A program made the translations under genes and the position numbers. A stretch of DNA of 64,000 bases from an uncultured Candidatus Actinomarina sp. (lineage in GTDB: Bacteria > Actinomycetota > Acidimicrobiia > Actinomarinales > Actinomarinaceae): the NCBI GenBank assembly GCA_902615855.1, contig CACMQN010000006.1:6208-70207 (forward strand), read 5' to 3'. Positions 8,377-17,337 of this stretch are shown in pieces. The notes under the pieces were generated by a model. The model worked only from the letters and a program-made list of their open reading frames with translations. It was not told where the DNA came from and did no database searches. Numbering within the stretch: position 1 is the first letter of the stretch; each line of letters starts with the position of its first letter.

Positions 8377-9341
8377 TTTTCAAATTGATTCTTTAAAGAA
8401 TCAACCAATGATTGTATTAAATCATCAATTTTTAATTTTTGGTAAAATTTACCATTTATGACAATTCCAACTGATTTTGTTTCTTTAAGAATGTTTGATG
8501 ACTTACCTATTGATTCAATTTTCAAAGTTTCAGATAAATGTTCTGCAACTTTTTTTCCAACAACACTCTCAGAAAACCTTCCTTTAAAGAAATTAACTGA
8601 TTCCTCTTCTGAGTTATTAAATGAAACAAACAAAGTTGGTTGAAGATTGTTAATATATTGAATTTTATTTTTTAGGTTTAGCTCTTCATTAATTTCTGAT
8701 GCAAATATTGAAATAATTCCATGATTTATGCAACTCTTTTTTATCTGATCATAAAATTTAATTTGTTCTTTATAACTTCCTAAATTTGGAACATCAAAAC
8801 AAACATTAAAACCTATTGTTCCAGTAGTAAGGTTTGGTGAAATTGACTTTATTGCTTCGTTTAATGAGATCTCTTGACCAGGCCTTACCAAATTTCTAAT
8901 TTCATAAACAGTATTAAGTCCAACCACTCCATCAATAGTTAAGCCTCTGTTTTCTTGAAATCTTGTTACAGCTTCAACAACAGAATTTGAGTATATTCCG
9001 TTGATAGGTTCGGAATAAAAACCCATTCTTGATAAAAGTTCTTGGAGTTCTTCAACATCTGAACCATAAAGTTCCTTGGTATTAAAACTTAATATTCTGT
9101 CTCCAAGTTTGTATCCAAAATTAATGAGCTCTCTCCAAAGATCTTCTTTATTGTTTATGTTTTCTAAATTATTGTCATCAACAAATATTTCAATAACTGT
9201 TTTTAACTCGTTAATGTCTTTATTGATTGAGTAGCCAACATAATTTAATTTATTTTTTAAATCTTCAACTTCGTCATTCGATAAGTTATCAACAATAGAA
9301 GATAAATCAAACTTAATTTTCAAGCCACCTTTCAGCATCAA
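8373..9341 (-). CDS. CwlM-like protein: peptidoglycan-binding domain plus amidase_3-like C-terminal domain, with no signal peptide
   Basis: PG_binding_1-like segment LQELLSRMGFYSEPINGIYSNSVVEAVTRFQENRGLTIDGVVGLNT. Lies immediately downstream of trxB, as cwlM does in mycobacteria. Whether the amidase domain is active is unclear. Confidence 0.5.
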   Translation of the reverse strand: MMLKGGLKIKFDLSSIVDNLSNDEVEDLKNKLNYVGYSINKDINELKTVIEIFVDDNNLENINNKEDLWRELINFGYKLGDRILSFNTKELYGSDVEELQELLSRMGFYSEPINGIYSNSVVEAVTRFQENRGLTIDGVVGLNTVYEIRNLVRPGQEISLNEAIKSISPNLTTGTIGFNVCFDVPNLGSYKEQIKFYDQIKKSCINHGIISIFASEINEELNLKNKIQYINNLQPTLFVSFNNSEEESVNFFKGRFSESVVGKKVAEHLSETLKIESIGKSSNILKETKSVGIVINGKFYQKLKIDDLIQSLVDSLKNQFEN

Positions 9342-10227
9342 TTGCTGCTTGGCATCCGGTACCGGCTGCAGTTACGGCTTGTCTATAAATTGAGTCAGCA
9401 ACATCTCCTGCTGCAAAGACACCAGGGACGCTAGTACTGGTAGCAGTAGTAGATCCAGTCTTTATATATCCTTTTTCATCAAGCTCTAAAAATCCATTTA
9501 AAAAACTTACATTTGGTGTATGTCCTATAGCTATGAAAACTCCATCAATTTCTTTTTCTTCTACCTCGTTTGTTTGACTATCTTTGAGAAGAACAGATGA
9601 AACTTGACCCTCACCTTTAATTTCCACAACTTCTTTGTTCCACGAGACATCAATTTGGTCGTGACTAAGTACCCTGTCTTGCATTATTTTACTTGCTCTA
9701 AATGAATCTCTTCTGTGGACAACAGTTACATTTTTTGCGAATTTGGTTAGAAATAAAGCTTCTTCCATAGCTGAATCTCCTCCACCAACAACTATTACAT
9801 TTTTATCTTTAAAAAAGAAACCATCACAAGTTGCACAAGCCGAAACACCATGTCCTTGTAGCTCTTTTTCTCCCTTTACATCAAGCCAGTTCGCAGATGC
9901 TCCAGATGAAATAATTACAGTTTTGAACTCGTAAGTATTTTTCGAAGTTGTTAGCTTAAATCCATTTTCAATTTTTTCTATTGAATCTACAGTCTCAGTT
10001 AAAATTTTTGTTCCAAACCTTTCAGCTTGATTTTTAAATACCTGCATCATTTCAGGACCCATAATTCCTTGATCAAAGCCTGGATAATTTTCAACATCTG
10101 TAGTGAGCATTAACTGTCCACCAGACTCTAACCCTTCAAATAAAACTGGTTCAAGGTTGGCCCTTGCAGCATAAATTCCTGCTGTGTATCCAGCAGGTCC
10201 AGAACCAATTATTGCTAAATCATCCAT
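9313..10227 (-). CDS. trxB: Thioredoxin-disulfide reductase
   Basis: FAD motif IIGSGPAGYTAGIYAAR, redox-active CATCDG, NADPH motif VVGGGDSAMEEA. Confidence 0.92.
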   Translation of the reverse strand: MDDLAIIGSGPAGYTAGIYAARANLEPVLFEGLESGGQLMLTTDVENYPGFDQGIMGPEMMQVFKNQAERFGTKILTETVDSIEKIENGFKLTTSKNTYEFKTVIISSGASANWLDVKGEKELQGHGVSACATCDGFFFKDKNVIVVGGGDSAMEEALFLTKFAKNVTVVHRRDSFRASKIMQDRVLSHDQIDVSWNKEVVEIKGEGQVSSVLLKDSQTNEVEEKEIDGVFIAIGHTPNVSFLNGFLELDEKGYIKTGSTTATSTSVPGVFAAGDVADSIYRQAVTAAGTGCQAAIDAERWLEN

Positions 10228-10504
10228 TTTTTTTCTTTCTGTAACTATTTAATGACAAAATCATAAATACTAAGCCGAGTGCACCCATTGCAAATCCAGT
10301 AGGGTTAACGCCTAGTAAAAGACCAAGTCCTTGCATAATCTTTAATATTCCTGAGAACAAAAATATTACTGCAGTGATTAATAATACAACAAGTAATAAA
10401 CCTAAAGATGCAAAACCAGTAAGTCTTTTTACGGGCTGAACGATAAGGTCTTTTACACTTTTTATTAAGCTCTCAACCGATTCAATAAAGCTATCTTCCT
10501 CCAT
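10220..10504 (-). CDS. Small membrane protein (2 TM), function unknown
   Basis: 94 aa with an amphipathic N-terminus and two hydrophobic helices. 8-nt overlap with the trxB start. Confidence 0.5.
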   Translation of the reverse strand: MEEDSFIESVESLIKSVKDLIVQPVKRLTGFASLGLLLVVLLITAVIFLFSGILKIMQGLGLLLGVNPTGFAMGALGLVFMILSLNSYRKKKNG

Positions 10505-10532
10505 AAGTTAATCATAAGCTATGTAAAACTAT

Positions 10533-11240
10533 TCATGAAGTTTTCATAATTACAAGCTTCCTCGGTGAAATCTCAAATTTATTTTTTTTATATAGATTTA
10601 GAGCCGCAATATTGTCGCTTTGGGTATTAAGTTTCATATTTATGAATTTTTTTTCAATAGCAAAATTGATCACACAATTAAGTAAATTATTCCCAAGACC
10701 TGATCCTTGATAGTTCTTTACTATTCCTATTCGTTGAAGATAAGTAAACTTTCTAGTCTCTCCTAAAATTGCATAACCATCAAGATAATTTTCGCCTCCA
10801 CTTTTGAACAAATAATTGTTGTTACAGCTCTTCATAGTTTCTTCAAGACTTGATCTTGAATTTTTCCAATAATCCTCAAATATTTTGTGATCTAATTCAA
10901 GCAAATATTCTATATCTTTATGTTCAAGTTTTTTAATTTCTATTTGTTTATTTTCACTCAGATATCTATGGTTTGAATTTTTTAGATTTAATACACAAAC
11001 ATTTAATTTATGATTGATGGTCCATCCTGATTTAATCCAGGGTTTGATCGAATTTTCATTTATCATTGACGAACTAAAACTCATGTTTGAATTTTTTGAT
11101 ATTTTTAATATTTTTTTTAAAAGACCCTCTCCTCCATAAATTTTTTGGAACAATATATCATTAACAAATTCATTAATACTCCTTGTATAAAATATTCCGT
11201 TGTAAAAGTAATGAATCTTTTTATTTTCTGTTGAATACAT
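10533..11240 (-). CDS. GNAT-family N-acetyltransferase
   Basis: C-terminal acetyl-CoA-binding motif RIGIVKNYQGSGLGNNLL. Confidence 0.6.
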   Translation of the reverse strand: MYSTENKKIHYFYNGIFYTRSINEFVNDILFQKIYGGEGLLKKILKISKNSNMSFSSSMINENSIKPWIKSGWTINHKLNVCVLNLKNSNHRYLSENKQIEIKKLEHKDIEYLLELDHKIFEDYWKNSRSSLEETMKSCNNNYLFKSGGENYLDGYAILGETRKFTYLQRIGIVKNYQGSGLGNNLLNCVINFAIEKKFINMKLNTQSDNIAALNLYKKNKFEISPRKLVIMKTS

Positions 11241-11655
11241 ATTTTAAAATTTTTTTATCTTCTTCATAGGCTAGTAATTTATAGGCCTCTTCAAAGGGAA
11301 CAATGGCAATTTCCTCTATTTCATCATCAGGTTCTTTTGAGAAACTTTCAACGACATTCATTTCATAAAACCAAACAGTTTTTTTAACTGGTTTACCATC
11401 TTTTTTTATCTCATAACGGGACTCTGCAATAGGTTTTTTTCCAACTGCAGAAACTTTAAAACCAGTTTCTTCGTAAACTTCTCTTTCCGCAGCTTTTATT
11501 GGTGTTTCTTCATCGTCAAGATGACCTTTTGGATAACCCCAAAATCCAGAATCATAATCACCTGCATATTCTTCACTTAATCTATTTTTTACCAGCAGTA
11601 TCTTGTCGTCAATTAAAACGATGCCACCAGCTGCAAAATCAACTTCTGAATTCAT
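11221..11655 (-). CDS. NUDIX hydrolase
   Basis: Nudix box GYPKGHLDDEETPIKAAEREVYEETG. Divergent from cca, as mutT4-pcnA are in mycobacteria. Confidence 0.8.
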   Translation of the reverse strand: MNSEVDFAAGGIVLIDDKILLVKNRLSEEYAGDYDSGFWGYPKGHLDDEETPIKAAEREVYEETGFKVSAVGKKPIAESRYEIKKDGKPVKKTVWFYEMNVVESFSKEPDDEIEEIAIVPFEEAYKLLAYEEDKKILKYVFNRK

Positions 11656-11691
11656 ACTTTATTGTTTCTATACATCTTCTAAGCTATCAAT

Positions 11692-13065
11692 ATGGTACCA
11701 ACAACTCTAATAAACCGAATTGAAGAGAACCCATTTTTAATGGAGCTGTCCTCATTATTTAATGACAATCAATTTAGTTTCTACTTAGTTGGCGGTGCTG
11801 TCAGGGATTTTATTTTAGATGTCGATACAAAAGATTTTGATTTTACAACAAACGCAACACCTGAAGAGTCAAAAAAATTACTTGAGGATAATAATTATAA
11901 GACCACAAGTATTGGTATAAAATATGGAACAATTGAAACCGCCCTAGAGGATTTAACTGTACATATTACCCAATTCAGGAGCGACATATACAACGAAAAC
12001 TCTAGAAAACCAGAAATAACAGACTCCAAAGATATTAATGAAGATTTAATACGAAGAGACTTTACAGTTAATGCAATTGCATTTGATATTGAGCAAAATG
12101 AATTAATTGATCCGTACAGCGGACTTAAAGATCTTTCAGAAGGAAAACTAAAAACACCTGACAATCCAAATCAGTCGTTTTCAGATGATCCACTAAGAAT
12201 GATTAGACTATGTCGATTTATAAGTACTCATGGTTTTGCTCCTGATAATGAAACATTTAAATCAATACAACAAAACATTGAAAGGGTAGAGATTGTAAGT
12301 AAAGAGAGAATAAGAGATGAGTTTTCAAAATTAGTAACTGGAGATAATGTAGCAATGGGAATTCAGGCACTAGTTGAGACCAATTTGATTGACTATATTA
12401 TTCCTGAAATTAAAGATTTAAAAATTGAAATTGATCCAAACCACCATCATAAAGACGTCTATGAACATACTTTACAAGTAACAAGCAAAGTATCATCTGA
12501 TCTAATCTTAAGATTGGGTGCGTTATTGCATGATATTGGAAAACCAGCAACAAAAGGTATTGATAACGGAAAGGTTCACTTTAGGCATCATGAGGTTGTG
12601 GGTGCAAGAATGACAAAAGAAATACTATCAAAACTAAAATATCCAAAAAAATTGATTTCGTCAGTTGCTTTATTGGTAGAAAATCATTTAAGACCTCATA
12701 CTTACAAAATGGGTTGGACTGACTCAGCAGTAAGAAGATATATTATTGATGCAGGAGAAGTTCTTGATGAACTTAATGAATTGGTAAGATGCGATGTCAC
12801 AACTAAAAACAATGAAAAAGCCGAAACAATATATAAATTTCTTGATGATTTAGAAAAAAGAATAAAAGAAGTTAAAGAAAAAGAAGAACTTAAGAAGTTG
12901 AGACCTCCAGTGGATGGAAATGAAATTATGAAAATTTTAAATATTGAACCAGGACCATCTTTAGGAAAAATTATGGAATCGTTGTATGAACAAAGAATTA
13001 ATGAAGGTGAAGTATCAAAAGAGGAAGCAATCAAATTAGCCAAAGAAGTTTATAAAAAACTTTAA
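11692..13065 (+). CDS. cca: CCA-adding tRNA nucleotidyltransferase / poly(A) polymerase family protein with HD domain
   Basis: Head-domain motifs GGAVRD and RRDFTVNA. HD motif LLHDIGK. Confidence 0.8.
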   Translation: MVPTTLINRIEENPFLMELSSLFNDNQFSFYLVGGAVRDFILDVDTKDFDFTTNATPEESKKLLEDNNYKTTSIGIKYGTIETALEDLTVHITQFRSDIYNENSRKPEITDSKDINEDLIRRDFTVNAIAFDIEQNELIDPYSGLKDLSEGKLKTPDNPNQSFSDDPLRMIRLCRFISTHGFAPDNETFKSIQQNIERVEIVSKERIRDEFSKLVTGDNVAMGIQALVETNLIDYIIPEIKDLKIEIDPNHHHKDVYEHTLQVTSKVSSDLILRLGALLHDIGKPATKGIDNGKVHFRHHEVVGARMTKEILSKLKYPKKLISSVALLVENHLRPHTYKMGWTDSAVRRYIIDAGEVLDELNELVRCDVTTKNNEKAETIYKFLDDLEKRIKEVKEKEELKKLRPPVDGNEIMKILNIEPGPSLGKIMESLYEQRINEGEVSKEEAIKLAKEVYKKL

Positions 13066-13101
13066 TTGTATAAATATTCTAAATAATGTATATTTATACA
13101 A
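13066..13101. promoter_or_regulatory. ARG-box-like operator: inverted repeat TTGTATAAATAT (13066-13077) / ATATTTATACAA (13090-13101), including the palindrome TGTATATTTATACA (13087-13100)
   Basis: Read directly. It ends 1 nt before the argR ATG. The AT-rich TGnATA...TATnCA symmetry resembles ARG boxes. Confidence 0.45.
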
Positions 13102-13563
13102 ATGTCAAAATCAACTTTACAAAGACAAAAATTAATTGCTGATTTAATTGAAGAAGGAAAAATTACTTCTCAGAATCAACTAAAAGGAATGTTGAAAAAA
13201 GAAGGTATCTCAATTACTCAAGCTACCCTCTCTAGAGATCTAACAGAAATTGGAGCAAGTAAAAAAAGAGATTCAAATAATAATTTGAAATATATTCTTC
13301 CAAAAGACGATGTAAATAATGCTCAAAAATCAATTGCAAAAAAAGCTTTAAGAGATTTTGTTTTAAGTGTCGAACCAGTTTCTAACCAGGTAATTGTAAA
13401 AACAACAACTGCTGCTGCTCAAGTCGTTGCCGAAGCTATAGATAATCTATATGTTGATGGTATAGCTGCTTCTATTGCAGGTGATAATGTTGTGTTAATC
13501 ATTTCTTATGGAAAAAAAGAGGCAATTTTAATTTCAAAATTACTCGATTCTTACTTGATATAA
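13102..13563 (+). CDS. argR: Arginine repressor
   Basis: Winged-helix N-terminus ITSQNQLKGMLKKEGISITQATLSRDLTEIG. C-terminal oligomerisation motif IAGDNVVLII. Confidence 0.85.
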   Translation: MSKSTLQRQKLIADLIEEGKITSQNQLKGMLKKEGISITQATLSRDLTEIGASKKRDSNNNLKYILPKDDVNNAQKSIAKKALRDFVLSVEPVSNQVIVKTTTAAAQVVAEAIDNLYVDGIAASIAGDNVVLIISYGKKEAILISKLLDSYLI

Positions 13564-13608
13564 AAATCTACTAGCAATTTTCTACCCATCTCCATTATCC
13601 TTATTTGA

Positions 13609-15033
13609 ATGATGGAATTATCTAAATTTAATAGAGAAAACCTTTCAAATAAAATAACTGAAGGCGCTGTTCTCTTACATGGAAATAATACTGTTTATAG
13701 AAACAATGATGTTGCTTTCGATTTCAGGCAAGATTCAAACTTTCATTACCTAACAGCTTGGCCTGAGCCATTTGCACACGCAATAATCACCATTAAAGAA
13801 AAACAACCTGATCTTTATTTGTTTGTTCAGGATAGAAATGTTGAAATGGAAACCTGGGATGGAAAGAGATTAGGACCAGAGGGTGCAAAAAAATATTTTG
13901 GTGCAACAGAAGCATTTACTTATGATGATTATGAAAAAATAGCCCCTAAATTACTATCAGGAATACAAGATATTTATTGCGACTATTCAAATGAGATTTT
14001 TGAAAAATATGATAAAAAAATAATAAATCAGGCAACACCATACGACCAAAGAGGAGCTAGTTTCAGTGATGCATCAATAAGACCGCTTTCTCCAATACTT
14101 TCTGAGCTTCGACTTATAAAAAATGAAGATGAAATTAATTATTTGAAAAAAGCTTGTGAAATTACAGTTGAAGGACACAAAGTGGCAATGCAGTACGCTC
14201 AAAAAAATATGTTTGAGTACCAAATTGAAGCAGAAATGGAAAAAACATTTTATGATCTAGGTGCTGAAAGACTTGGCTATCCGTCAATTGTTGCATCTGG
14301 AGATAACGCTTGCATTCTTCATTACTCAACAAACAGGGAAAAAGTAGACAATAGCGGTTTAGTTTTAATTGATGCTGGAGCAGAATATAACATGTATTCT
14401 TCGGATGTAACTAGAACATTTCCAATAAATGGGAAATTTTCAGCTCCACAAAAAGATGTTTATCAAGAGGTACTAAAAGCTCAAACCCTTGGTATCAATA
14501 GTGTCAACACCAAAAATACCATGTCTGATATACATAAATTAACAGTGTCATCAATTTCTCAATCATTGGTTGATTTAGGACTGGTCCCAATGGGGGTTGA
14601 CGAAACAATTTCTATGATGCATTATTTTGAATTTTTTATGCATGGAACAGGTCACTGGTTAGGTTTAGACGTTCACGACGCAGGAAGTTTAGAAGAAAAT
14701 AATAAGCCAAGAAAATTAATGCCAGGTATGGTTACAACAGTTGAGCCGGGTATCTATATAAGACCAAACAAACCCGAAATCGACTTTAAATTACTTGAAA
14801 GAGACCCGAAAGAAATAAGAGAAAGAAGAAAGCTGCTTGGTATGGAAAAAGCGACAAAATTAGAAAATGAAGAAATTAAAGATGCCAAATCTATAAAGCA
14901 CAAAATCCCAAAAGATCTTCTTGGAATCGGGATCCGTATTGAAGACGATATTGTTTGTACTGATGATGAACCAATTAATTTGACTGAGAAAGCACCAAAA
15001 TCTATAGAAGACGTTGAAGCAATTTGTAGTTAA
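13609..15033 (+). CDS. pepP: Xaa-Pro aminopeptidase (M24B)
   Basis: Metal ligand motifs DAGAEYNMYSSDVTRTFP, HGTGHWLGLDVHD, EPGIY and IRIEDD. Confidence 0.85.
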   Translation: MMELSKFNRENLSNKITEGAVLLHGNNTVYRNNDVAFDFRQDSNFHYLTAWPEPFAHAIITIKEKQPDLYLFVQDRNVEMETWDGKRLGPEGAKKYFGATEAFTYDDYEKIAPKLLSGIQDIYCDYSNEIFEKYDKKIINQATPYDQRGASFSDASIRPLSPILSELRLIKNEDEINYLKKACEITVEGHKVAMQYAQKNMFEYQIEAEMEKTFYDLGAERLGYPSIVASGDNACILHYSTNREKVDNSGLVLIDAGAEYNMYSSDVTRTFPINGKFSAPQKDVYQEVLKAQTLGINSVNTKNTMSDIHKLTVSSISQSLVDLGLVPMGVDETISMMHYFEFFMHGTGHWLGLDVHDAGSLEENNKPRKLMPGMVTTVEPGIYIRPNKPEIDFKLLERDPKEIRERRKLLGMEKATKLENEEIKDAKSIKHKIPKDLLGIGIRIEDDIVCTDDEPINLTEKAPKSIEDVEAICS

Positions 15034-15035
15034 TT

Positions 15036-15800
15036 ATGGTCACTCCTAGATTTGTCTACTCTGTATATGAAAATAGACTTCAAAACAAAATAAAAAACGA
15101 AAAACTTCCACAACACATCGGCTTAATTCATGACGGACATAGACGTTACGCAAGAAGGGAAAACCTTCTTACTTATGAAATTTCTTACAGGATTGGAATG
15201 GTCAGATTTAAAGAGTGTTTAGCCTGGTGTGATGAGCTTGGAATTAATTATGTTACAAGTTGGTTGCTATCTAAAGAGAACTTATCAAGACCTGAGGAGG
15301 AATTAAATTCTTACTATCTTGTTTTAAATGAACTATTTCAAGAATTACTTATAGATGACTTAGTTGACAATTTTAAGATAAACTTTGTTGGAAGCATTGA
15401 TTTACTTCCAGAATATCTTCAAAACTCAATTAGACAATTACAAGAAATCAGAGGTGGTGGTGAGAAAATCCTTACAATTGCTCTGGGTTATGGTGGCAGG
15501 CAGGAGATAGTTGATGCCATAAAAAGCTTGCTTAAAGAAAATAAAGAATTAGAAATAGATGATTTAATAAAGAGCATTAATGATGAACAAATAAGAGACC
15601 ATTTGTATTCTCCTGACTCACCAGATATTGATTTGATAATTAGAACTAGCGGTGAATCAAGACTGTCTGGATTTTTACTATGGCAAAGTGCTTATTCTGA
15701 AGTTGTATTCCAAGATGTTTATTGGCCTGAATTCAGGAAGATTGATTTCCTAAGGTGTCTTAGAGAATATGTTCAGCGGGATAGAAGATTTGGTAAATGA
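15036..15800 (+). CDS. uppS: Isoprenyl transferase (cis-prenyltransferase, UPP synthase family)
   Basis: HIGLIHDGHRRYA and IRTSGESRLSGFLLWQSAYSE motifs. Confidence 0.85.
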   Translation: MVTPRFVYSVYENRLQNKIKNEKLPQHIGLIHDGHRRYARRENLLTYEISYRIGMVRFKECLAWCDELGINYVTSWLLSKENLSRPEEELNSYYLVLNELFQELLIDDLVDNFKINFVGSIDLLPEYLQNSIRQLQEIRGGGEKILTIALGYGGRQEIVDAIKSLLKENKELEIDDLIKSINDEQIRDHLYSPDSPDIDLIIRTSGESRLSGFLLWQSAYSEVVFQDVYWPEFRKIDFLRCLREYVQRDRRFGK

Positions 15801-16042
15801 AGATAAGAAACTTAGATAATCTTCTCAAAACTGGTTTATTTTTTTTGATTTTATTTTTTGTTTTCGGGATTATTTATCAAGGACTTGGTGGAGGTGAATG
15901 CATAGAACAAGAGGGAATCAACGGTTGCGTTGTACAGGATAATTTAGGGCTACCACTATCAATGATCTCTTTACTCTTATCAAGTCTTAGTTTTTTTATT
16001 TTTACTATCAAAAAATTATTTAGAAACCGTCAAAACAGTTAA
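15797..16042 (+). CDS. Small membrane protein (2 TM), unknown function
   Basis: 81 aa, ATGA overlap with uppS, two hydrophobic helices. Confidence 0.45.
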   Translation: MKIRNLDNLLKTGLFFLILFFVFGIIYQGLGGGECIEQEGINGCVVQDNLGLPLSMISLLLSSLSFFIFTIKKLFRNRQNS

Positions 16043-16044
16043 TA

Positions 16045-17337
16045 TTGTTTGATATGGAAATTCTCAACACTATAGAATCAATTAATTTCACAACGCTATT
16101 TATTTTGTTTATAGGATTGAAATTTACTATTGAGACATATTTAAAATATCGAAACATAAACTCTATAAAACAAAACGAAGGAAGAGTTCCAAAAAGATTT
16201 GAAAATATTGTTAACAGTGAGGAATATAAAAAATCTACAGACTACAACCTTGACAGGTTAAAGTTTCAGATCCTTGTTTCTTTTGTAAGTATATTCATCC
16301 TCTTACTTCTAACTCTTGGGGGATTGCTTAGTTGGTTAACTCAAATTGTTCTTGGAATAACTTCATCAAACATACTAGGTGCTATTCTTCTCGGTTTTTT
16401 TATTATTATTATTTCAGAAATACTCGAAATCCCATTAGCTATATATTCAACATTTGTCATTGAGGAAAAATATGGTTTTAATAAGACATCCAAAAAAACG
16501 TTTGTGACAGATATTTTTAAAAATCTGATTATCTCATCTATAATCTCTTGTTCAATTTATGCTGTCGTCATTGGAATAATTGAAAACTTAGGAAGCAATT
16601 GGTGGATATTTGCTTTTGGTGCAGTATTTTCAATACAGTTGATTATTTTCTTTCTTTACCCAGTACTTATAATGCCTTTATTCAATAAATTTGAACCTCT
16701 TAATGATGAGCAATTTAAAAAACCTATAGAAAAGCTATTAGAGAAAGTGAAATTTAAAGCAAAAGGTCTTTTTGTTATGAACGCTAGCCTAAGAAGCTCA
16801 CACGGCAATGCTTTTTTTACTGGCTTTGGCAACAATAAGAGAATAGTTTTTTATGACACATTACTAGAAACAATCACACCTGATGAAATGGAAGCAATTT
16901 TAGGTCATGAGTTAGGTCACTATAAACTTGGACATATCAAAAAGTCACTTATCAGTTCATTAGTTTTTGGCTTTATTGGTTTTTATATTTTAAGCGAGGT
17001 TTTTAAGTCAGAAAACTTTTTTATATCTCATGGGTTAAATGACATTACTTTATATTCCAAATTTATTCTTTTTTATCTTGTAGCTGGAACATATACTTTT
17101 TTTACCCGACCAATTACCTCTTACCTATCAAGACAAAGAGAATTTGCAGCAGATGACTTTTCTTTTAAATTTACTGATGGTAAGTATATGATTTCTGGTC
17201 TGTTAAAACTAACCAAGGACAACGCAAGCAATCTTACACCTGATCCTCTGTATAGTTCTTATTATTATTCGCATCCACCAATTGCTGAGCGTGTTGCAAG
17301 TATAGAAAGAAAGCTAGCCCACACTCAAGACAAATAG
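16045..17337 (+). CDS. Ste24-type CAAX prenyl protease-like zinc metalloprotease (M48A)
   Basis: 430 aa, about 7 TM, HELGHYKLGH (HExxH), C-terminal NLTPDPLYSSYYYSHPPIAERV. TTG at 16045; an alternative ATG lies at 16054. Confidence 0.8.
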   Translation: MFDMEILNTIESINFTTLFILFIGLKFTIETYLKYRNINSIKQNEGRVPKRFENIVNSEEYKKSTDYNLDRLKFQILVSFVSIFILLLLTLGGLLSWLTQIVLGITSSNILGAILLGFFIIIISEILEIPLAIYSTFVIEEKYGFNKTSKKTFVTDIFKNLIISSIISCSIYAVVIGIIENLGSNWWIFAFGAVFSIQLIIFFLYPVLIMPLFNKFEPLNDEQFKKPIEKLLEKVKFKAKGLFVMNASLRSSHGNAFFTGFGNNKRIVFYDTLLETITPDEMEAILGHELGHYKLGHIKKSLISSLVFGFIGFYILSEVFKSENFFISHGLNDITLYSKFILFYLVAGTYTFFTRPITSYLSRQREFAADDFSFKFTDGKYMISGLLKLTKDNASNLTPDPLYSSYYYSHPPIAERVASIERKLAHTQDK

